A stretch of DNA of 64,000 nt from Candidatus Doudnabacteria bacterium (GCA_020850635.1 JADZEH010000024.1:8617-72616), one strand, 5' to 3'. Shown: positions 51,002 to 58,777, counted from the first letter of the stretch. Notes: a model not told the origin generated them from the letters alone. Translations and numbers: made by a program.

Positions 51002-54000
51002 ATGACTTTTACCCACCTCCATTGCCATACGCACTACTCCCTCCTCGACGGATTATCTAAAATTGGTCCGTTAGTTGATGAAGCCAAAAAGCTGGGAATG
51101 ACTAGCTTGGCTATGACCGATCATGGAGTGATGTATGGAGCTATTGAGTTTTACAACACCTGTCTTGAAGCTGGCATCAAACCAATTATCGGGATGGAAA
51201 GTTACGTCGCCCCTCGAACTAGATTTGATAAAGAAGGAAAAACCGACGCCGACTATTTTCACATCACCTTACTAGCCAAAAACGATACTGGCTACAAAAA
51301 TTTAATCCAACTTACTACCAAAGCCCATACTGAAGGGTTTTACTATAAACCCCGAGTCGACAAAGAACTACTAACACTTCATGCTGAAGGGTTAATCGCG
51401 CTGTCGGGATGCCAACGTGGGGAAGTTGCTCGAGCTGTAATGGAAAGTGAAACCAAAGGCAAAGAAATACTTGAGCTCTATATTAAGATTTTTGGGACAA
51501 ACAACTTCTTTATAGAAATTCAACGAAACGCTGAAGATCCCAACGACCAAAAACGCGAAACCGAACTCAATCGTCGCCTAATGGCTCTTGCAAAAGAGTA
51601 CAAGCTCTCACTGGTAGCCACAGGTGACTGTCATTATATTCACCCTGAAGACAAAGAAGCTCAAGATGTTTTGGTATGTATTGGCACTGGTCGAACTGTG
51701 CAAGACGAAAATCGCTTAGACATGCGCAGTCATGGTTTATGGCTGAGATCGAGCGTGGAAATGGCCGAACTGTTTAAAGATGTTCCGGAAGCAATAACCA
51801 ACACCCAAAAAGTCGCGGACCTCTGTCAGCTCGATATTCCGATTAATCAAAGATATTTCGCCAACGTTAAACTTCCGTCGAACACTAATGCAGAAGAGTT
51901 TCTCACCGTTGAAGTCGAAACTCAAGTTCATAAAATGTACGCTGACAAAAACGGCGTACTCCCCGATGAAATTCGTGAACGTGTTGATTACGAATTAGGA
52001 ATTATCAAACCCAAAGGTTTTGCCCCATATTTTATTATGGTGGCAGATATTGTAAAAGGGGCACACTCAATTGGTGCGATTACTAACACTCGTGGTTCAG
52101 CTGCGGGTAGTATTGTCGGACATGTTTTAGGGATCAGCGCAATTGACCCAATCTATTATCAGTTGCCTTTTGAACGTTTTTTAACGGCCTCTCGTCCAAC
52201 CCCACCTGATGTTGATTTGGACATTTCCGATACACGTCGTGATGAAACTATTGAATGGATTACGGAACAGTATGGGCGTGATAAAGTCGCGCAGATTATT
52301 ACTTTTGGAACAATGATGGCGCGCGCCGCCGTCCGCGATGTCGGTCGGGCTCTAGCCGTCCCTTATGGTAAATGTGATCGCATCGCCAAGATGATCCCTA
52401 TTGGTAAACAAGGTTTTCAAATGACGCTGAGCAAGGCTTTAGAAATGAACCCTGAGCTCAAGCAGGTCTACAACACCGATGCCGAAACCAAAAAAGTTGT
52501 CGACGTCGCCCGAAAACTAGAAGGTGGCGCACGCCACGCTTCCATTCACGCCGCGGCTCTAGCCATCACCCCAACTCCCCTCACCGACTATACCCCACTT
52601 CAAAAAGAACCTGATGGCGAACGCATGATTACGCAATACGACATGTACTCTCTTGATGTTGGTGCCGACAGTCACGCTATTGGTGTAATCAAAATGGACT
52701 TACTCGGAATACGCAACTTGAGTATTTTGGAAGAAGCCTTGAAGTTAGTGAAAGACAGGCACGGTGTTACGATTGATATTAACAAGCTTCCTCAACCCGA
52801 TCCCAAAACCATGAAACTCTTGTCCGATGGTCACACCTTTGGCGTGTTTCAACTTGGCTCATCGGGTATGACTCGTTATCTCAAAGAGCTAAAGCCACAA
52901 AACATTTTTGATATCATGGCCATGATCGCTCTGTATCGTCCGGGGCCAATGGGAATTATTCCAGAATATATTTCGCGCAGGCATAATCCACGAGCCATTC
53001 AATTTTTTGATCCGCGGATGAAAGATTACCTCGAACGCTCTTTGGGACTATTGGTCTACCAAGAAGATGTTTTACTCACAGCAATTAACATCGCTGGCTA
53101 CTCATGGGAAGAAGCGGACAAACTCCGCAAAGCTATGGGTAAAAAAATCCCTGAAGAAATGACTAAGCAAAAAGTGAAGTTCACCGAAGGCTGTGTTAAC
53201 GGTGGGATGCGCCCCGATCGTGCTGAGGAGTTGTTTAAACTCATCGAACCGTTTGCCGCGTATGGGTTTGGTAAAGCCCATGCCGCCAGTTACGCCCAAG
53301 TCTCCTATCAAACCGCCTATATGAAAGCCAATTATCCCGTGGAGTTCATGGCTGCGGTTATGACCGCCGAAAGCGGTAACGAAGACAAGATCTACGCTGC
53401 AGTAGAAGAATGTAAAGCTCTGGGTATAAAAGTTTTACCGCCAGATGTGAACGAATCACAAGGCGACTTTACCGTGGTTGATGATCATACAATTCGTTTT
53501 GGCATGAACGCCATCAAAAATTTAGGAACAGACGTTGTCGCTAAGATTATCGAATGCAACGAGGGCGGTAAAAAACATTTCGAATCAATAGAAGACTTTT
53601 TAGTGCGCTGTCATGCCAAAAACTTTAACAAGCGTTCATGGGAAGCCTTAGTTAAAGCTGGGGCGTTAGACAAGTTCGACGAACGAGGTAAACTCCTCGC
53701 CAACACCGATTACGTTTTAGATTTTGTGCGTGACCATTTTAAATCTGAGAACTCTGGACAAAATTCCCTGTTTGGCGCATCGCTGAAAATTGGCAAACTT
53801 CGCTTACAAGATGCACCACCGGCTACTCAAGAAGAGATGTTGTTATGGGAAAAGGAACATCTTAATTTTTATATCTCCGCGCACCCACTCGATAACTACA
53901 AATCTGTACTCAAAACTTTCCCCACCATCCGCGAAGTTCAAGCGCTGGAAGGAGAACAACTTGTGACTATCGGTGGAATTATTTCCAAAATGAAACGAAC

Positions 54001-54466
54001 TTTAACCAAGAAGAATGAGCCGATGGCGTTCTTCACTTTAGAAGACTCGACTGGATCACTCGAAGTACTAGTCTTTCCTAAAGTTATGCCAATCGCTTTA
54101 CCGTTCTTAGAACTGGATAAAATTGTTCAAGTTACGGGACGACTGTCAGACAAAGACGGCGAAGCCAAAGTTATCGCCAATGAACTCCAACAAATGCCCA
54201 ACGATGAACTTTATTTCATGGCATTATCTGAAATGGAAAAAAATAAGCAAGTTGTGATTCACATGATCAACGCCAATAACCCTGAAGTCTTAAACAAAAT
54301 CAAAGATGTGATTGTGATGTATCCTGGTAATGCCCAAGTTTATCTTAGTGTAGGAAACGGCAACAACTCCAAGAAGATCAAGACAAAATCACAGGTTCGC
54401 ATTAGCCTCGACCTTATCACTGCGCTCAAAGAAATTCCAGAAATAACCATGGTTAGCCAAAACTAG
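51002..54466 (+). CDS. dnaE: DNA polymerase III alpha subunit
   Basis: PHP HLHCHTHYSLLDG, RGSAAGS, PDVDLD, KMDLLG, FGKAHA, C-terminal OB fold. Confidence 0.98.
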   Translation: MTFTHLHCHTHYSLLDGLSKIGPLVDEAKKLGMTSLAMTDHGVMYGAIEFYNTCLEAGIKPIIGMESYVAPRTRFDKEGKTDADYFHITLLAKNDTGYKNLIQLTTKAHTEGFYYKPRVDKELLTLHAEGLIALSGCQRGEVARAVMESETKGKEILELYIKIFGTNNFFIEIQRNAEDPNDQKRETELNRRLMALAKEYKLSLVATGDCHYIHPEDKEAQDVLVCIGTGRTVQDENRLDMRSHGLWLRSSVEMAELFKDVPEAITNTQKVADLCQLDIPINQRYFANVKLPSNTNAEEFLTVEVETQVHKMYADKNGVLPDEIRERVDYELGIIKPKGFAPYFIMVADIVKGAHSIGAITNTRGSAAGSIVGHVLGISAIDPIYYQLPFERFLTASRPTPPDVDLDISDTRRDETIEWITEQYGRDKVAQIITFGTMMARAAVRDVGRALAVPYGKCDRIAKMIPIGKQGFQMTLSKALEMNPELKQVYNTDAETKKVVDVARKLEGGARHASIHAAALAITPTPLTDYTPLQKEPDGERMITQYDMYSLDVGADSHAIGVIKMDLLGIRNLSILEEALKLVKDRHGVTIDINKLPQPDPKTMKLLSDGHTFGVFQLGSSGMTRYLKELKPQNIFDIMAMIALYRPGPMGIIPEYISRRHNPRAIQFFDPRMKDYLERSLGLLVYQEDVLLTAINIAGYSWEEADKLRKAMGKKIPEEMTKQKVKFTEGCVNGGMRPDRAEELFKLIEPFAAYGFGKAHAASYAQVSYQTAYMKANYPVEFMAAVMTAESGNEDKIYAAVEECKALGIKVLPPDVNESQGDFTVVDDHTIRFGMNAIKNLGTDVVAKIIECNEGGKKHFESIEDFLVRCHAKNFNKRSWEALVKAGALDKFDERGKLLANTDYVLDFVRDHFKSENSGQNSLFGASLKIGKLRLQDAPPATQEEMLLWEKEHLNFYISAHPLDNYKSVLKTFPTIREVQALEGEQLVTIGGIISKMKRTLTKKNEPMAFFTLEDSTGSLEVLVFPKVMPIALPFLELDKIVQVTGRLSDKDGEAKVIANELQQMPNDELYFMALSEMEKNKQVVIHMINANNPEVLNKIKDVIVMYPGNAQVYLSVGNGNNSKKIKTKSQVRISLDLITALKEIPEITMVSQN

Positions 54467-54472
54467 AGCTTG

Positions 54473-54742
54473 TGGTATACTGAAGGCAATTTGCACTAAA
54501 GAGAATTGGCTTTCCCCTGGTCCAGCTAGTTACCCTCGCCTTTAGGAACATGTTTGAGACAATCGGCCCCACATACTGGAGAGTAGTTACTCCAGACATT
54601 CCCCACCTAAGAGCCAATTCTCACAATCGGTCAGTAGTGAATACCAGTCCAACAAGGAGGACTATCAAGCGCCTAGGCGCTTACCCCAAGTAGCACACCC
54701 AGTCACAGCGTTCCCGCGCAATGGTGTTGCTTGGGTTTTTTT
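54473..54742 (+). ncRNA. Unit A: promoter plus putative structured RNA (may contain a 47-aa sORF, 54550..54693)
   Basis: TGG-TATACT extended -10; long-range stem GAGAATTGGCT/AGCCAATTCTC; hairpin CTGGAG/CTCCAG; terminator CCCAAGTAGCAC/GTGTTGCTTGGG-T7. Confidence 0.5.
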
Positions 54743-54744
54743 AT

Positions 54745-54773
54745 TTGACAAAAAGGGGTAATAGTCCTAGAAT
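54745..54773 (+). promoter_or_regulatory. Unit B promoter
   Basis: TTGACA-17-TAGAAT. Confidence 0.8.
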
Positions 54774-54854
54774 GAGCAAAGTTTCAACTAGAAGCACGGC
54801 TCATACAGCGTGTTTATCACCCAACGCCCAGCCGAAGCGAATTGGAGAAAGCTC

Positions 54855-55346
54855 ATGAAGAGTCTCCTTTCGATGCTGTCCGTTGCAATCGTCTTCGCTT
54901 TCGTGTCACCTCTGGTGGCCGACCTCGAGGCGAAAGCGAGTTCGACCAACAAATCGCCGCCGAGCATTACCATCACGGGTCAGCGCATCCATTACGGATC
55001 TGACGATGTGAACACGATGCCGATGGCCGACCAAACGCCGCTCGAGACGATCACCACGTCCGCCAGCATGGACAAGGTTTTCGCTCCACCGGCGATCAAC
55101 AGTTCGAAGATGACCGGGTCCACCGACGGGAAATCGGTGAACGATCCGGCCGCCACGCTCGCGGGAACCGACCCGTACATTGTTCTGTACATCAACGTCG
55201 CCATTCAACGGACGATGATACCGGCAATGGCAGGATGCAACGAGGCGATTTTGCGCGCACCCCGCAAGTCGGCACGTTCGGGTCCCGAGATCCAACGAGC
55301 CTGGCGCCCGTTCGCCGGCCTCGATCTCAACTCCTCGAAGCCCTGA
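54855..55346 (+). CDS. Unit B: GC-rich secreted hypothetical protein (probable start ATG 54855)
   Basis: GGAG SD; signal peptide MKSLLSMLSVAIVFAFVSPLVA; S/T/P-rich; about 62% GC sampled. Confidence 0.6.
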   Translation: MKSLLSMLSVAIVFAFVSPLVADLEAKASSTNKSPPSITITGQRIHYGSDDVNTMPMADQTPLETITTSASMDKVFAPPAINSSKMTGSTDGKSVNDPAATLAGTDPYIVLYINVAIQRTMIPAMAGCNEAILRAPRKSARSGPEIQRAWRPFAGLDLNSSKP

Positions 55347-55350
55347 AACT

Positions 55351-55433
55351 TGTTCGCAAAAGCGAACACTCACGACCTCCTCACGGAGGGACCCCGCTCT
55401 CGACATCTACGGATGTCGGAGCGGTCTTTTTTT
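55351..55433 (+). terminator. Unit B 3' hairpin cluster and terminator
   Basis: TGTTCGC/GCGAACA, CCTCC/GGAGG, then CCGCTC.CGACATC-TACG-GATGTCG.GAGCGG-TC-T7. Confidence 0.8.
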
Positions 55434-55442
55434 ATTTAAAGA

Positions 55443-55471
55443 TTGACATTTAGCATTATTTTCTGTAGATT
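55443..55471 (+). promoter_or_regulatory. Unit C promoter
   Basis: TTGACA-17-TAGATT. Confidence 0.75.
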
Positions 55472-55496
55472 GATATATCGCAAGGAGGAACGCGAC

Positions 55497-56012
55497 ATGA
55501 ACTCACTCCGCCATGTTTTGCTTTATGCAATTGTCATCCTGTTCATCTCGGTTATTGCCGCTATCCTGTACTGGCTATTCGGCATTCAACCGATCAACAC
55601 AGTCTACGGAACTATTGTAGTTTTCGTAGTTTGTTTTCTCTGGCTCTCTTGGGAAAATTTTGTGATTTCACCAAGAAGAATTCAAATAATCCTGCAAATC
55701 TTAGCCATGGATGGCGGAGAAATGACAACCTTAGAAATCATCGAGCAGGGCAAGGGCGAACTAAGCAGGGCTGCTATCCACTCCGAGTTAAATTACCTGA
55801 TTGAGAAAGATCTTGTGAGTAAACGTATCGAGGAACGAACCACACCATATATTCCGCTCAGCTACTTCAAGATCACACCCAACGGAAGACGAGAACAACA
55901 CGCCAAGATTACTTCGAAGTTGAGACTTAGCTGGCAACGTACGTGGAGCCAGTCCGGACAGACAATGTCCGGTCTTTTTTTATCCTCAAGATTTTTGACA
56001 CAAACAGTTTGA
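55497..56012 (+). CDS. Unit C: two-TM protein with a C-terminal PadR/MarR-like winged helix (probable start ATG 55497)
   Basis: AAGGAGG SD; ILQILAMDGGEMTTLEII...SRAAIHSELNYLIEKDLVSK...YFKITPNGR. Confidence 0.65.
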   Translation: MNSLRHVLLYAIVILFISVIAAILYWLFGIQPINTVYGTIVVFVVCFLWLSWENFVISPRRIQIILQILAMDGGEMTTLEIIEQGKGELSRAAIHSELNYLIEKDLVSKRIEERTTPYIPLSYFKITPNGRREQHAKITSKLRLSWQRTWSQSGQTMSGLFLSSRFLTQTV

Positions 56013-56023
56013 GCATCTATAAT
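55995..56023 (+). promoter_or_regulatory. Unit D promoter, perfect consensus
   Basis: TTGACA-17-TATAAT. Confidence 0.85.
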
Positions 56024-56029
56024 GGTCGC

Positions 56030-56377
56030 GGTTGTGAACTCGGAAGACAAGCACGTCCGGGCACTTACAATCATGCATTAAAGGAACCGATGCAAGGGAA
56101 TCAGAACTGGCTGAATACGCTTTCACCGCTTCAGCAATTTCTGGTCCGAGTTGCCCCTTACGTTGGGAAGTTCCACACTTTAAAAATCCCAAGATGCACC
56201 CACCCAAATCGGTAGAGCCGTGATGGGCAATGACCACCGGTTTTCCCTAGGAAGATAAGGTAGCTCTAAATCAGCGCCAATCGTGACCATGAAACTTTTG
56301 ACCTAGGCACAACAACAAGGAGAATACGAGACAGAAAACCCACCGTTCAGATTCAGAGCTTCTGAACGGTCTTTTTT
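56030..56377 (+). ncRNA. Unit D: putative ~350-nt multi-helix RNA (may contain a 41-aa sORF, 56090..56215)
   Basis: Stems AACTCGGA/TCCGAGTT, GCTGAA/TTCAGC, TTGGGA/TCCCAA, TAGAGC/GCTCTA; terminator ACCGTTCAGA/TCTGAACGGT-C-T6. Confidence 0.55.
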
Positions 56378-56385
56378 ATCCCCGG

Positions 56386-56578
56386 TTGATTTTCAAAAGC
56401 TTATTTACTATACTATTAATAGATTCTGCAAGCGCTGATCCGACTACCACTCGGGAAGTTTGCCCAAATTAAATACAAAAGGTCGCACCATAAGATGCGA
56501 CGAACTGGGACGGAAACGTCTATAAAAAGACCCCAGCATATTGTTCTGAACAAGTTCAGAGCAGCATGCTGGGTTTTT
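56386..56578 (+). ncRNA. Unit E: promoter plus ~160-nt structured RNA without a credible ORF
   Basis: TTGATT-17-TATACT; GCAAGC/GTTTGC enclosing TCCGA/TCGGG; GTCGCA/TGCGAC; GACG-GAAA-CGTC; long bidirectional terminator 56523..56578. Confidence 0.5.
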
Positions 56579-56584
56579 GAGAGA

Positions 56585-56854
56585 TCATTTGCACAAAAAG
56601 TAAATGAAGAGGATGGCAACTGAGGCTATGAGAATCAACAGGTTTTCTTTTTGGAAGAGCCACCGGAATGCCCCAAGGCTCATAACGCCAAAGCCAGTAA
56701 GCAAATAAACGCCACCTTCGTGTAACTCGCGATTGAAATCGCAAATCACTCTTCCTTCTGGAAGTAGTCCATACCCATGTATGGCAATACAACATCCGAT
56801 AAGAAAAAGTGAGACGAACACAACTTTCTTTGCACAGATCCACACAAACTTCAT
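56585..56854 (-). CDS. Unit F: small 3-TM hydrophobic protein
   Basis: AAAGGGGG SD in a GACAAA/TTTGTC hairpin loop; TTGCTA-17-TATGCT promoter; ends at the shared terminator. Confidence 0.6.
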   Translation of the reverse strand: MKFVWICAKKVVFVSLFLIGCCIAIHGYGLLPEGRVICDFNRELHEGGVYLLTGFGVMSLGAFRWLFQKENLLILIASVAILFIYFLCK

Positions 56855-56916
56855 GACAAATCCCCCTTTGTCGAAAGTCTATAAGCATATCATTACGAAA
56901 TTAAATTAGCAAAATT

Positions 56917-58731
56917 ATGAACCAAGACGAACAACTTTCAAATATTCGCCACTCATTGGCTCACTTACTTGCATCAAGCGTGCTTGAAGTTTTCCCTGAC
57001 GCCAAACTTGGTGTTGGTCCAGTAATAGACAATGGCTTTTATTACGATTTTCAATTACCACGTCCTTTAACTCCCGATGACCTCAAAGACATTGAGAAAA
57101 AGATGAAAAAGCTCGTGGGTAAAAAATTAGCGTTTGAACGCCAAGAACTTTCTACCACTGAGGCCACAAAGTTTTTTAAAGACGCTGATCAACCTTTCAA
57201 GCTCGATCTAATTAGCGCCTTAGAAAAATTTGGAACGACTAGTGCTGATGAAATTCTTAACGCTGAGCAAGCAACTTCAAGTGAGCAAAGTGGTGGAGTT
57301 GATACAGTCTCACTTTACAAAACGGGTGAATTTACAGACCTTTGCCGTGGCGGTCACGTGGAGAACACATCGGAAATTGATGCAGATAGTTTTAAGCTTG
57401 ATAAGATTGCTGGAGCCTACTGGCGTGGTGATGAAAAAAATCCTCAACTCACTCGTATTTACGGACTAGCTTTTGAAAACAAAGAAGCGCTTGATGAATA
57501 CTTGCACATGCGCGAAGAAGCTGAAAAGCGCGACCACAAAAAACTTGGACGTGAATTAAAACTCTTTACCATTTCTGACTTAGTCGGTGCTGGCCTGCCT
57601 TTGATTCAACCAAAAGGTATGGTTATCCGCAAAACGATTGAAGATTATTTATGGTCACTCCACGCTGATAAAGGTTACTCACGAGTCTGGACACCTCATA
57701 TTGCGAAAGAGGCTTTATACGAAACTTCTGGTCACGCCGCTAAATTCGGTGATGAACTTTTCCGTGTACAAGGAAAAGAGGACAAATTCATCATGAAGCC
57801 CATGAACTGCCCACATCACATGCAACTCTACGCGGATAATCAATTCTCGTATCGTGATATGCCTGTTCGTTACTTTGAACCCGCTACAGTCTATCGTGAT
57901 GAAAAATCAGGACAACTTGGTGGATTGACTCGCGTTCGAAGCATTACGCAAGACGATGGTCATTTATTCTGTCGCGTCTCACAAATCGAACAAGAAGTTA
58001 GTATGATCGTTTCTGTCATCACCGAATTTTATAGCTCCGTAGGAATGTTAGATAGCTATTGGGTAAGTCTTTCGGTTCGTGGTGAAGATAAATCTAAATA
58101 CTTGGGTGAGGATAGTGTCTGGGAAATGGCTGAAAGTAGCCTCGAACAAGCTGCCAAAGCGAATAATTTGCCTTACAAACGAATGGTCGGTGAAGCCGCG
58201 TTCTATGGACCAAAGCTCGACTTTATGTTTAAAGATTCGATTGGCCGTGAGTGGCAATTAGCTACCATTCAATGTGACTTTAACCTACCCGCACGGTTTG
58301 AATTAGCTTACAAAAATGAAAAAGGCGAAGATGAACAACCAGTTGTTATTCACCGTGCTATTTCAGGCTCACTCGAGCGCTTTATGGGAATTCTAATCGA
58401 ACATTATGCTGGAGCGTTCCCAGTGTGGTTAGCACCTGTCCAAGCTTCTGTCTTACCAATCTCAGACAAACATTTAGATTACGCTCAAGACGTAAAACAA
58501 CAACTTCACGAAGCTGGTATCCGAGTTGAACTCGATGACCGTAGTGAATCAATCGGGAAGAAAATTCGTGAAGCCACCAAGCAAAAAGTTCCTTACATGC
58601 TCGTTGTTGGTGACAAAGAAGTCGAAGCTGGTAAAGTCGCCATTCGAAATTTGGCCGGTGATGATCTTGGCACAATGACAATCCCAGACTTGATCAACAA
58701 ACTCCAACAAGAAATTACAACTAAAGCCTAA
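56917..58731 (+). CDS. thrS: Threonine--tRNA ligase (no N-terminal TGS domain)
   Basis: RHSLAHL, DLCRGGH, GAYWRG, RDHKKLG, KPMNCPHH, AAFYGPK, IHRAISGSLERF. Confidence 0.98.
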   Translation: MNQDEQLSNIRHSLAHLLASSVLEVFPDAKLGVGPVIDNGFYYDFQLPRPLTPDDLKDIEKKMKKLVGKKLAFERQELSTTEATKFFKDADQPFKLDLISALEKFGTTSADEILNAEQATSSEQSGGVDTVSLYKTGEFTDLCRGGHVENTSEIDADSFKLDKIAGAYWRGDEKNPQLTRIYGLAFENKEALDEYLHMREEAEKRDHKKLGRELKLFTISDLVGAGLPLIQPKGMVIRKTIEDYLWSLHADKGYSRVWTPHIAKEALYETSGHAAKFGDELFRVQGKEDKFIMKPMNCPHHMQLYADNQFSYRDMPVRYFEPATVYRDEKSGQLGGLTRVRSITQDDGHLFCRVSQIEQEVSMIVSVITEFYSSVGMLDSYWVSLSVRGEDKSKYLGEDSVWEMAESSLEQAAKANNLPYKRMVGEAAFYGPKLDFMFKDSIGREWQLATIQCDFNLPARFELAYKNEKGEDEQPVVIHRAISGSLERFMGILIEHYAGAFPVWLAPVQASVLPISDKHLDYAQDVKQQLHEAGIRVELDDRSESIGKKIREATKQKVPYMLVVGDKEVEAGKVAIRNLAGDDLGTMTIPDLINKLQQEITTKA

Positions 58732-58735
58732 CATA

Positions 58736-58770
58736 AAAAAAACAGCATCTCTCACTCGATGCTGTTTTTT
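58736..58770. terminator. Bidirectional terminator between thrS and map
   Basis: AAAAAAACAGCATC-TCTCACTC-GATGCTGTTTTT. Confidence 0.85.
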
Positions 58771-58777
58771 ATTTACT

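Noticed and set aside
54488-54742. tmRNA, SRP RNA or T-box identity for units A, D or E
   Set aside because: No tRNA-Ala-like ends or T-loop, no SRP helix-8 motif and no TGGNACC T-box; units D and E are separated from thrS by terminators and gene F
54906-55406. 166-aa minus-strand ORF and other overlapping ORFs in unit B
   Set aside because: Shadow ORFs of a GC-rich gene; promoter, SD, signal peptide and terminator all support the + strand
56434-56460. Hammerhead-like CTGAT...GAA in unit E
   Set aside because: The core does not match CUGANGA...GAAA and there is no stem III or cleavage triplet
56556-56888. 110-aa minus-strand ORF overlapping unit F
   Set aside because: Its ATG lies in the TATGCT -10 box and it runs into the terminator; the 89-aa frame has the SD
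54470-56915. Classical integron or CRISPR interpretation of the array
   Set aside because: No intI or cas genes, no RYYYAAC/GTTRRRY-bounded attC sites that I could identify, and no regularly spaced identical repeats
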